Source: Cycas panzhihuaensis
Taxonomy: Eukaryota > Plantae > Cycadophyta
DNA length: 64,000 nt
Assembly: GCA_023213395.1 (NCBI GenBank)
Contig: CM041465.1
Location: 201,073,741-201,137,740, forward strand
Direction of reading: 5' to 3'
Shown: positions 1 through 12,463 of the stretch, one piece after another
Position numbering within the stretch: the first letter of the stretch is position 1
Layout of the letters: every line of letters begins with the position of its first letter
Position numbers and translations under genes: made by a program
Notes under the pieces: generated by a model
Told to the model about the DNA's origin: nothing
Seen by the model: only the letters and a program-made list of their open reading frames with translations
Databases searched by the model: none

Positions 1-983
1 TGTGTTAGTTTACTTTAATCCTACTAGCAAGGCAATTATGAATGTTATTTCTTCTTCTTCTTTTTCTTCAATTTATTCTTTACTGTAGTTGCTCATGGGT
101 CTTTTCCCTCTCTTAATATTTTCTCTCCTCTAAGGACATTGATAGGGATAATGTCCTAACTATCCATAATGATAACATACACTGAACGCTCTACAAGTAC
201 TAGCGAAATATTCATATCTGCCACAATTAAAACATATCTTAGACTCTTGACTTCATCTGTGTCCTTTGTTATCTAAATAATGACCATAAGAAAAACTCCT
301 AGAATCTGAAGTCCATCTCCTTACACATATCTAACTTCGTCCTCAAGATCCCATATTTAATCTAGAAGTAAATGCATCTTCTAGTTCTGTTGAATCTTTG
401 TATCTCCTATTTCTTTATTCCTATCTAAGCAGTATTCCATTCAATTAATCAAGGGTTATTGTATCAATCTCATTACTATTTATGGTAGTATTGATGGTTA
501 TATCAAAAATATTTGGCAATTTGTTGGCTACCATCTAAATAAGTTCTAGTATAGGTAAAACTTCTCTAACACTTAGAAGTCCATTTCTAAATGAAGTAAC
601 CTTATGTATAAAATCAGTCATTGTTTCATGCTCTTTTATATGTAACTTGTATAATTCTTCCTTTAGAGCAAATATCTGAGCCTTATTTTTCTAACCAAAT
701 AGATTTTTAAAACATTTCCAAATAGTCGAGGTTGAGGTCAGTTTTTCTACGTATACCAAAAGAGGGTTGGATACAGATAATTTAAGAATAATTACTCCTA
801 CATTATCTCTTTCCAACAACTGGGTAGGGCTATACTAGCATATTCAGGCTTGGTTTCAGTTCTAAGAGTAATATTCCAAGCATTTCGAGCTCTAAGTAGA
901 GTTTCAATCTTTATTTTCTAGATATAATAGTTACTATCAGTGAGTTTGTCTTATTTAGAAAGACCATAAAGTGGAGTAGCCAT
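1..983 (-). pseudogene. gag: Decayed copia Gag with two zinc knuckles
   Basis: MATPLYGLSK*DKLTDSNYYI*KIKIETLLRARNAW...IWKCFKNLFG*KNKAQIFALKEELYKL; CFNCGRYEYFASTC and CYHYG*LGHYPYQC at 136-234; multiple stops. Confidence 0.85.
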
Positions 984-1835
984 TATTAATAAAGAGAGAG
1001 AAGTTTAAACTGGTATGACCATACAATTATATGGATTTTTGTACAAAACCCTAAGTGTATGGACAAAGACAAAAGGTATCTCAAAAGATAGTCCTTTTCA
1101 TCATCTACTCAGACCTAAAGTCAGTTTTATGAAAAAGCTTTTTGTTTGAGAGAAAATAGCCTTGAAAGGGTTGGATGGGCGCCTAGGGTTTAAGCTTATT
1201 TTGGCTTAAATCCACCAAATCTCTTTGAAAAACCAAACAAAATTTGTTCCAAACATTTAATAATAGAGATTCAAAGATTTTGGAATAATTTTTACCTAGA
1301 TTCAGGCTCGATTTTGACTCCAATTAATTTTTCCTATTTAATCCTATGTAAACTTGTCTTTGTCTGATTTAACCTCTAAAATGGCTTCAAACGTCTTCAA
1401 CTTAGTAGAAAAGGTTGGCAAGCATCCTTTGATCTACCTATCCACTAAATTTTGTCTCATTCTAAAGATTTCAAACATTTGACATCTGTATGGTTTCTGT
1501 ACAGTTCTGTACGTAGTTAATTAATACTCTTCTTTTGTACTAGAGAGCCTTCCAAACTTGTCTTCCTTCTTGAACCCTTGAATTATCTTCAAGAATTAGA
1601 ATTTCCTCTTTTAAATAAATAGTTGCAACTAAACATACTCTGACACCATGTTAACTTAAATCAAGGAGACATCAGGTTGATAAGAGTCCATGATCTTTAT
1701 TGAGAGGATGATCTTTTTAAATACATGATTATACTTATAATCGTTATGACATGATGTGTAACCAACCTTTGAGGATATGACACATGTCTCATTTACATGT
1801 ATAAGTTACATAATTAATTATTCTTAGATAAAACA
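1..1835 (-). mobile_element. Ty1/copia element, 5' part (LTR, PBS, leader, gag); runs off the window start
   Basis: Short LTR 1649-1835 (TG...CA), PBS complement ACTCTGACACCA at 1637-1648, gag on the minus strand. Confidence 0.85.
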
Positions 1836-4182
1836 TTACCTCCTAATATTTTTCTCCATAAGAGAGTGTCCCTCCATTAGCCAACATAACCTAAAAATTT
1901 TTGACAAGAAATGGAAAACAGTTGAGTTCTTCAATAAGTTTTCAGTTAATAAAATTGTGAGTTCTCCTAGAATCTATGAGGATGACCACTTTTATTTTCT
2001 TGATGTACGTAATAAGTTTGAGTGCTTATGGGGCTATAATTCTATTAAGGGCATATACAAATATAGTAGCAACATCTTTGTTTTCCTCCATGGGTGGGTC
2101 ATAGCCATTATTTTCTTATTTTAAGGGGACTTCTTCTTTTGGTTTATCATCATAGGAATCCCTAATAATAAATAAGTGTTGTTTAGGACACTCATGTTCA
2201 TTGTTTCACTTTTGAATGCAATAAAAACATAATCCTTTCAACTATTTTTTATCCATCTCACTTGGGATGTCATTCGTCACATACTAGGAACTTGAGATTA
2301 TGGTCACTTTTCTAGGAACATTTGTGGAAGGAATTAAGATACCTCATTTTTGACTTTGATATATCTAGCAAAATTAATAGTTATAGAGATGCTATTAAAT
2401 TTTAGGAGTTGTAACTTGTGTCTGATGTCATCTTGTAACCCACTAATGTATAACTCAAGTAATTTATCCTCACAAAGACCATCATCCCTTATGGAGAGAT
2501 GTTGGTATTCTATTATATAAGCTAAAATAGTACCCTCCTATCTAACTTTAGCTAACCAGTTGAAGTGGTCATGATCTCAGGTACTATCATATTGAGTTGT
2601 AAGGTCCTTGACAAAACCCTCCCATTGATAACTGAGCTTGCCAATTATTTTTATAACCCATTAGTATCATAGGTAGGGTTCAGTTTCCATGTGTAGAGAG
2701 GCAAGAGGGATCTTTTCATTAGCTCAAACCTGGTGAAGAGAAAAGTATTATTCCATTTGAGATACCTAGGTGCATACATCTGTGCCATTGAATTTCTTGA
2801 TTTCCACCTTAGGAAGGAACTTAGGACATAAGCATCTACTTTCATTATCTTCATCTTTCTTATTGAAGTGGCCCTCACTTATGTGAGTAGTATTATTGAA
2901 TTCAATCTTTTCTTTAAACTTGTAATGGTTGTTTCCTTCTTTAGAAAGTTTTATGGTTATAAGCTATAATATTACCCTTTTAAATTTTTTATTGAAGTTA
3001 GTTTAAATTTATAATATATCTCCTCAAAATTGTATAGCAACATCATTGAGATCTTGAGTCTAGTTCAGGTTCACTTAGGGGCCATTTATTTACCAAGCCT
3101 AAGTTGAATCCTAGTTGGTAAATATGAACAAAAAGGGTTTGATGAGGTCTTTACTAATGTTTTATAATACATATATTCTTTTTTTCTTTTTTTCCTTAGT
3201 CACTTATAATTGACTAACTAATTGACCGACTGCATGTGTATGAACTAATGATAAACTAGTTGGACACAATAGGTTTTATAGACTGATGATGATTGACTCA
3301 TAGATTAACTAAGTATGTATAGACCACTAATAGACTGACTAAGTACACTAGGTCTAGGACTGTTTGATTTATATGCCCTCTAATATATTGATCATAATCA
3401 TAAACAATATCAACTTATAGAGGCTAACACTCTGCTCTATAGCAATACTACCCTGTCTTTAGGATATGTAGAAACTAACTTCTCAAGGCTAATTACTTAC
3501 TAGTGATTATAAATTATAGATGATAGACAGGTTTCCTATGGTTACCTATACTAAGAAAGCCTACCTAGGAGGTCCTCTTATATACTTGTAGGTACATAGA
3601 GGTATAATTCTATAACCAAGTTCTATCTAATGTTTGGTTCAAGAGTGTGATCTCTAGTTCTTCACATAAGGGGTGAAAAAGCCAAGATACACTTAGCTCA
3701 AAATGATAGTTCCTTATGATATTTATAGATCCCTAACATAGGGTCCTTATCTAAATATAGAGTAAAACTACCCAATGCAAATGCCATAGTAATTACTCAA
3801 TTATAGTGTTGCCTACCCCCTAAAAAGTAGAAGTAATTGAGTAAAAATTTAAAATAAGAATAAATATTAACAAGAATGAAAACTAATAGAAAAATAAAAC
3901 TAATTATTTAATACATTTGCCTCTCCTATAGGCCATGGATCAACTACTTTGATACCACTTGGTACGATACCACTTCTTTAATGATAACATCATACTAGCA
4001 CAATACCTAAATAATACCAAAAGGGAGCACTTGTATTGTAATACCCTTCAAGGGGGAAACTTCTTAATTACATATAATAATAATGATATTTAAGATACTA
4101 CACTCTAAGGATTACATAAATATATATAGGGCTCTGTAGTTGCTACACCACCTCTCACTTATGCATGTGGGATATTACATCA
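1836..4182 (-). mobile_element. Ty3/gypsy element, 5' part (LTR 3960-4182, PBS, long leader, gag), cut off by the copia element
   Basis: PBS complement ACTTTGATACCA at 3946-3957; LTR reads TGATGTAAT...TACCA on the minus strand; leader 3540-3780 resembles 60590-60830. Confidence 0.75.
2150..3085 (-). pseudogene. gag: Decayed gypsy Gag
   Basis: PKVEIKKFNGTDVCT*VSQME*YFSLHQ...LLELYISGLQDDIRH...KGLCFYC; frameshifts and stops. Confidence 0.75.
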
Positions 4183-4349
4183 ATATATATAGGGCTCTAT
4201 GGCCACTACACAATCTCTTACATATGCATATGATACTAAGAAGAGAGAAAAAGTAAAAGAAATAGAAGTTATAAGAGAAGATAAGAAAGATAAGAAGTAG
4301 AAGATGTAAGAGAATATAAAAGAAGGTAAGTTAGGGGTTGGATCCCTAA

Positions 4350-6140
4350 TATATATTCTCATCTATAGCATGAGAATGACCATCTGCACTCACCATTTAG
4401 AGAAAACACTAAAAATTTTGACTAAATACCAATTATATACCAAACTCTCTAAATGCGAGTTTAATAGGTCTAAACTATAATACTTTGGATATATTATCTC
4501 TATGAATTATATTCAAGGTCAACCCTAATAAGATAGTGGTTATTATAAACTAGTTAAACCCAAAAAACCTTGCCTAGTTATGTACTTTCTTATAGTTTAC
4601 AAGATTCTATAGGTGGTTTGTTTAAAATTATGCAACCTTAATGGAACCATTAACCAATTTACTCCATATAGATTCTTTCCAATGGTCACCCACTACTAAT
4701 GATGACTTTATTCATCTTAAAAAAGTCATATCCTCCACTCTGGTCTTAGCCACACCAAACTTCTCTTAATCATTCTAACTAAAATGTGATGTTTTAGGTT
4801 TTGACTTGGGTATAATACTTATACAAAATCTACACCCAATTACTTTTGAAAGCCAAAAACTTAAATACCATGAGTGTAGGTTATTAACCTACTAAAAAGA
4901 AATGAAGGCCATTCTCCATCCCATTTGAGAAATAGAGATAACATCTAATTGGATCATAATTTACTATCCTAACTAATCACCATAACCTCTGTTACCTATT
5001 AGACCAACTTGTTCTATCCAAGGAATAAGTCAAATGGGTTGAGCGCCTTTAAGTTTTTGGCTTCACAATTACTTATAAGAAAGGCCAAGATAGTGTAGTG
5101 GTAATTGCTCTTTCTTGTCTCTTAAGTGACCCACCCCTCATTCCTTCACAACAATCCTCCGGTCATATTATCTCCTCATCCCATCCTATATGGGTATAAG
5201 ACCTAGCTCAAGAAAATTAGTCCTAACTAAATTATGACAAATGACCCAAAAACTTTCATCGTAAAAAAATTTGATCCATATGAAATAATCTCCTTTTATA
5301 TAGAAACCACATATTTGTCCACTCAACCTTTAACTTTATTCCTCAAATCTTAGTAGCTTATTGGTCTACTCCATTAGGAGGATATTCTAAATGTAATAAA
5401 AAATAGTAGCAAATTTATTAGTACTTCTTTTATCCATATATGAAATCATCCATTCTAATATTTATTTCATAATATGATATGTATTAGCTTAATAAAGTTG
5501 ATACTAAAGCCCAACTAGGTTTATTACAACTACTACATATTCTATAAGAGAAATAGAAAGATATTACCATGGGCTTCATTACAAGTCTACATCTATATAT
5601 TTGGTATGAATCCATATTGGTGGTTATTAACTATTTGACAAAATACATACTTTTTATTAGTCCACATTTCGTATAAAGCATCATGTATTACAAATCTGTA
5701 CCTCCAAACAATATTTTGTTTGTATGACTCTCTGTCAACTATCACATATGATCAAGATCTAAAGTTCACTAGTTCCTTTTAGTAAGAGCTCTTTTGAGCC
5801 TCAAGTACATCACTCAATATGAGTTCTTCATATCACCACCAAATGGATGGCCAATCAAAAATTCTTAATAAAACATTAAAAACTTACTTATATTATTATG
5901 CATTTGAGCACTAGATAAGATGTTCATTATGGCTAGCCCTGGTAAAATATTGACATAATTTGTCTCACCACTCAACCATAAGGATGTCTCCATTTATGGC
6001 CCTTTATGGTTACCATCCACCATCCTACCATACGCTAGCAACTAACCTTCACATTGTGCCTATTCAATAAAAACTACAACATATGGACCAAATTCTAAAC
6101 ACCCTTATGTAAAATCTAATTGTAGCCTAGAATCAAGCAT
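4350..6140 (+). pseudogene. pol: Decayed gypsy Pol fragment (RT C-terminus, RNase H, integrase)
   Basis: ILIYS...LYTKLSKCEF...FTRFYRWF; LATPNFS...HPITFESQKL; DITMGFITSL...YHHQMDGQS. Confidence 0.9.
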
Positions 6141-7466
6141 GCAAGTTCTTTAAAATTGGCTCCATAATACTATGTTAAAAGAGGAGGAATGCACCATAGC
6201 CATATGTAGATAAAACCCATGAGGGTTTTTACATATAAAAATACTATGGAGAGGTTTTGCATGTTCATGTAACTTAAAGATGGAGGCCATTATAAATGTC
6301 TTATTTTTTAGGATTTGTTTCCATTATAGGATATTCTTCATTAAACTCTACCATTTTTATTCATATGTAATATTATTGGAAGATTGAATGGTGGTTAATA
6401 TGATGAGTATATAATTTTCTTAAACCCTTGTTTGGAATAATTAAGTAAAAGCATGAATATATTAAAGAAAAAGATCTGAGGCACTAAGTATAAACTTTGA
6501 AATATAGACAACGATGCCCATATGGCTACATAAAGATAGAGACAAAAGTGTGAAGAAAGTTCATAGTATGAAACCCATGATGCAAATGCCATGAAATATA
6601 GCATCTCAGATTACATTATAGGTTTATGATATATTGAAGAGATAAATCATGGACATCCTAGGTTTCATAGAACCATAGTAAATTATTAGACCATAAGATG
6701 CCAAACCCTTACAAAGTAGAGATTGTATACAAAGTGATATGCTACCACCATGAATGATGAGATGTAGATTCCATTAAAACCATAGGTAGCCATTAGATAT
6801 AAATACAAATGTGTTAAGGATCATATCCCATAGAGGACAATTTACAAATATCTCATATCAAATATAATAAAGCAAACTAGATGTAGATTATAAAACAACA
6901 AAAAAGGAATACAACATGACAACATGCAAATGAAGATAATTCCAAATGGAAAAATGTTTTGTGAGCAATTTTATTTTTTCTAAAATTTAAATTGCATTAA
7001 ATTAAATTACATAAAATTTGCAGTATTCCCCATAGTATTGAAATTAGTCATATATAAAATTTTAGGTAACTGAATAGTCAAGTGAAAAGGGTTAAGCTTA
7101 AATTTTCTACCCAATGTCAAATTTTAGTAAATATATTCATTGTTTTTGCTATAATTTTTTATGTGAAATTAGATTTTAGATTTGTTAATTTCATTGGAAA
7201 GTATATTTTATTGGATTAGAAATGACTATACTTACATATACCTATTTAATGCAATTTTAATATAGATTTTAAAGTTCAATTTTGATGTAAAGGTAAAAGT
7301 TTACTTTTATAGGTTCATTTTACAAAAAAATAATTTTGGCTTATTTTCACTTTAAATGGTAAAATATTAGTTTTAAGATTGGTGTGATATTTTTAGTTAT
7401 GTTTCTTGATAAAAATTTACTCAAAATGAGAAAATTTCTATTTTAACATTGTGAGAACTTATTTTT

Positions 7467-7467
<1 letters not shown>

Positions 7468-7508
<41 letters not shown>
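7468..7508. repeat. (AG)n microsatellite
   Basis: Direct reading. Confidence 0.95.
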
Positions 7509-7511
<3 letters not shown>

Positions 7512-8215
7512 AATGTCATGCTAAAGCTTGTTAATTTGTATTTTCTTCAAAATGCCAATGTTAAAGTTGTTATTTCTAGTAGAAAAGATCTAATAATTCT
7601 GGCTAAAAGAGACAATGTTTAAAATTATTTCCTAGGCAAAGATAGTGATGTTTGAAGCTTAAAACTTGTTAGTTTCATATGCTAGTAACCTAGATCTTGT
7701 TTGGCTATATGACCCCACTTATAAGGGTCATAGGATTATTTATCCTATTATTAGGGTAATAATGACTTATTGGAAGAATCTAATTATAGGCTTGAAGACT
7801 TAAGATATTTTCTACTAAAACGTGAGTCATGAAAATTTTAAGTCTAAACAAGAAAATGTGAAGATCTCAAGTTTATCTAGCCATATAATTTAGTTTGTTC
7901 TTAAGATTTATGTTGTTTATGTAATGATGCCATAAAGTAAACCTTATATTTGCATGCATTCTATAAAGTTACAAGTGGAATGATTGATTATCCATGTGAA
8001 TTGATGATATTTGTTAACTATAAGGATACTTTATGATATTTTTTATTATAGCATATGACAAACTAATATGATGGGCCTCTATGTATTCCTATAGAGATTC
8101 TAAACTCATTATTAAGGATGGAGAAAATACCATATCCTTTAGTGCTATTTGATGAAAGATTTTCTTTTCAAAAGTAAATTGTTATAAATTAATAAAAATG
8201 AAGAATGAAGAAGTT

Positions 8216-9326
8216 TGTTAGATGTAATATCTAATTACATGTTTTGTTATCCCTAATCCTATTTACACTCTCTCAATATCGTTATGAATTTTATAATATG
8301 GTTGCCTTAAACTATGTGTCATGTGGGGAAATATACTAGTACACAAAAGTTGACCTTGAGGGTTCTCACTTGAGATGAGATGTTCTATAAGTATGTATGT
8401 GATTCTTTCTAATAATTTGAAGCTTGGTCATTCTTTAACCAATCCAATATATATCATAATTATACATACTCATTCTTTTATGTCTTATCAATCCATCCTA
8501 CACTCATCTCATTATCCATTTATCATCAATTATTTAGTTTATTTACACAGTTTATCACTTTCACTTATTATCCCAACTCTTTGGTATTAGAGCATTCATC
8601 TCCAAATCCATCCTACTGGTATAAGAGTGAATACCACAACAAATATTATTGTATTAAAACCCAAGGTTCAATCCTTAGTAAGACAAATATTTTAGAGCCT
8701 ATTTTTTAGTATTTTTTAGAGCCATTAATATCATAATTTTGATGTCATATTGGATCCATTTTAGTATCTATTTTGACTTATTAAAATGTCCCTTTTTGAA
8801 GAGCCTTTTCAAGATTTCTAAGGGCTATTTTATCACAACTATATAGAATATTTTTAGGTTATTATACTATATTTTTCTAAATATTTTAAGGGTTATTTAT
8901 TACTATTTTTTTATTCATGTTAAAGGTTGTTTTAAAACTTTTGAAAAGCCATTTTTGAAGGTTATAAAATGAGGTTTATATGCAAAATAGAAAGTTTTGA
9001 TGTGTTTATTGTGATATTTTTTTACTAAGCATATGGGCTCTAAATTATAATGTGTTCAAGTTTTACTAATAGTTATAAATATGCATTCTATGAAGCCATT
9101 TCATGAAGTAAAAGATGGAGCATATCAACCATAACTATAGGAGCTTATCAACCATAACTATAGGATTGATCACCCTATAGAAGTAACTAATCTACTACTA
9201 GAAAAATAATGATAATAAATAAGGGATTTTATGGCTATTTGATTCCTCATTTTTTAGGGAATTGTGAGTGTCCCATTACTAGAGTTCACTACCAAAATGA
9301 GGGTTACAAAAAGCTCATCAAAATCC

Positions 9327-9328
<2 letters not shown>
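8216..9328 (+). mobile_element. 5' LTR and non-coding leader of a non-autonomous LTR element related to 37298-41011
   Basis: Starts TGTTAGATGTAATATCTAATTACAT, as do 37298 and 40639; three PBS-like copies at 8582-8660; leader resembles 37650-37900; no 3' LTR found. Confidence 0.7.

Positions 9329-9384
<56 letters not shown>
9329..9384. repeat. (TA)28 microsatellite
   Basis: Direct reading. Confidence 0.95.
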
Positions 9385-9393
<9 letters not shown>

Positions 9394-11919
9394 ATCTTAA
9401 AAAATTGATGTGTATATCTTAGTATTAAAAAATTATTATGTATCAATGTCTATAGGGTCTATTTTAGAGAGGGTGGAATGAAAATAAAAATGAGAAAAGT
9501 GTAAGGGTCTTTCTTTGCTTATTACCATCCCTTTAGAAGTATACTATAGAAGAAGGGAGATATATTATTTAGCTTGCCAAAAGAAATACATACTATTGTT
9601 TAGTCAAGAATATTTGTTCTTAGCATACATGCCTACAAAAATATTTATATATATGGTTATAAACCTTCAAGGGTTTCAAAAGAGGTCTATATATTGATGT
9701 TTTTATTTTTAAGGAGACTTGTTTGAGGGCCAAGTTGCAACATGCAAAGTAAAGGATAAGGCGAGGAAGTAGAGGGTTATAAAGTGCTATTATAGTTATT
9801 AAAACCATGTAATAGCACCTATTATTTATTATATTTCATGTAATTTATGTACATTGTATAATGTTAAGGTGACCCTTTATTAAAATTTAATCATGTTTTA
9901 TAATGTGATTGGGTCTACCTCATTTGTCACTTAGTCAGACTATTGTATCTCTCAAAATATTAGTGGGTTACCTATAAATTAAGCCTCGTACCATTGTATT
10001 GCACATTAGATTGTGATTAGTATGGAATCTCTACCCAAATAGAACTCTATGTGGTGACAAATTCACCCATACTTTATTCATTTGAGTTATTTATTTCACA
10101 TGTTTTATTGCATAGTTCTATTCTTTTACTTAATATATTGATCAAAGCATATGAATTCTTAGATCTTGTAGTATTTAACATGGTATCAAATCCATTTGTG
10201 CTTTGATTTAGTATTTTATTAGAGTAATACCGATAAACGAAGGCTCGTTCCTTCATGACAACACCATGTTTTCTCTCACTTCCTCAGTTTTCTCTTAAAA
10301 ATTCATGTATTCTATAGCATTAATATGAAGTGTGGCATTTTCTAGTAGATGTTAGACTCTTGTAGTGGATCCCAAGCTCATTTATAGATGTATGAGGTTT
10401 GGTTCCAGTTTTGTGAGGAAAAATAGAGAAAAAGCTTATTTCTATGTCACACCAACCCTAAACCTGCTCGTTTCTCTTTCTTGAAGTTATATTTCTCCTT
10501 CTAGTGGCCCTGCACCCTTATTTTCTACTTACTAAAATAGATTTAGATATATATTAGGCAATTTTAGGGTCCATTTAACTCAATTCTTCTTTGTTTGGCT
10601 CTTGTAACCCTTTAGCCTTCCATAGATATATTCTCCTCATTACAAGCTCGTTTCTCAAAAAATTTCATTCCATTGAATCCCTCTAATCTTTGTGTCCCTT
10701 GCACTGACATTTCACAACATTTTGAGATCATTTAGGCCCTCAACTTGCTCTTGCACCTCTCCATGGGTTGCCCTCTTCATGCATTGGCCAAATGAGCCTC
10801 TACGACTCTTATTTCATTAAAAAAACTTTATACTTTTTCAATGTAATTCAACTTTAGTTCATGAAATTAAATTTTATTTGATGTTTTATTTAAATCCAGG
10901 TCTTTAGCCCCATTATCTAGTCACATACATCACCCATATGACTCTCTTTTTTGCATAAAAGGGTGGATTTCAAAAGGGGCTCAACTACATTTGATCCTTT
11001 TTGCACTTTCAAAAAGAGATTAAGTTACTTTTGATTTATTTTTAAATCCGTAAGCCCCCTAGCTACATCAGTAGGTGGTCACATGCAGTCTGTAGGTGAT
11101 TAGGGGCCAGTTTTAGAAGGGGCCCATCCTCATTTAGACTTTATCATAAAAAGATATCCATATTATTTTGATAATATCTCAGCAATCGTAAGTCTAATTT
11201 ACAAACCATCTAGACCATTGAAAAGTAGATTTAGAGCTCTATAGTCTTAGAGCTAATTGAGCTAGATTTAGAGCCAAATTTTTAAAGATATAAATTTCTA
11301 AATTTGACCTTAGATTTTAAGCCTTTTTTCTTAATTTTTAAAGGCTTATTTTAGTTTCTTTGAAGTTCTTGTGTTACTTTAGGTTGTGGGTAATCTTTGT
11401 TCAACTTTCTAATTCTATTTTTTAAGGCTAATAAGTGTATGGTATTGTTTTTTTTATATGTATTACTCTTGGAAGTTTGATGTAGTTCTCTCTTGAGCTT
11501 GACCCATTAAAGAGCACTCTAAACCCATCTTTACTTTTTTATTTACTTTAGTTTCATCTTTATTTCAATTTTCACTTAAAAGGAACCTTGTGCTTATAAA
11601 AAACTTACATTAAAATTAATCCTTTCACATTAAAAAGATAATTTCTGAATTGAATCTCTCATTTCTAGCCTTGCAAGGGGAATAATTAGGACCCCTAAAG
11701 TTACCACCCAACCCATGCCATTGGTGTACTTTAATTTACTAAGGAAACCATTATCTATTAGGTGTATTAGGTGGAAAACTTAGGTGTTGACCCTTTCTTA
11801 TTAGAGTTTGGAAACCATGCTAGACTTGGAGGTGGTGATTACCTTAGTTAGATAAGTTCTCACTGCTAGATTTATTATTGGGTAATAAGTCTAGTGTAGG
11901 TGGAAAAATAAATTAAACA

Positions 11920-12461
11920 GGGTCTTAAACCTTCTTTGTAACCCACATACTAAGATATATCGAGCCTTTGAGCCCACTTATCAATATAAATCTTCCCTTG
12001 CCCCTAAAAAATAGGCCTATAAACCTTATTAAATTGTAAAGAGAATTAAGGTCATTTAATACAAATACCCTAGATTCTATGGCTAAGATTTATGCCTTGG
12101 ATGTCCCTCTCATGCAGCCCATTTTAGGGTTTTTTCTTATGATGTAATGTAACGTATTGTGATGGGGGCGGTAGCTGGTTGTTGTTCTTGAGAGTACTCT
12201 ACTACTAAGATGTATTGTTTCTCCATTCTAAAGCAATAAAGATCAATACCTTTCCTGTGTGGATGTTTCCCTAGCACACTTCTAGGGTTTTACCACGTTA
12301 TATCAGGTGCATATGTGATGTTTCGCTTGTATATTAATGTTATTGTATTATCTTTGTTTTTAGAACTTGTATGTTAAATCTTAGTTTCAATTCCTATTAC
12401 TAGTTATAAAATAGTTCAGATCTTGTGGCAGTTTAAGGTTTAAGACCTTGTATTCTCAACA
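11920..12461 (+). repeat. LTR-like segment of another family abutting the RT fragment
   Basis: AATAAA and a U5-like tract ending ...TCTCAACA immediately before the RT coding sequence; left boundary uncertain. Confidence 0.45.
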
Positions 12462-12463
12462 TG

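Noticed and set aside
3200-3370. Hammerhead ribozyme (CTGATGA near 3283)
   Set aside because: Lies in a GACT-rich degenerate repeat with no matching stems or GAAA core
8582-8660. CRISPR array
   Set aside because: Eukaryotic TE context, the 12-nt repeat is the tRNA-iMet PBS, and there are no cas genes
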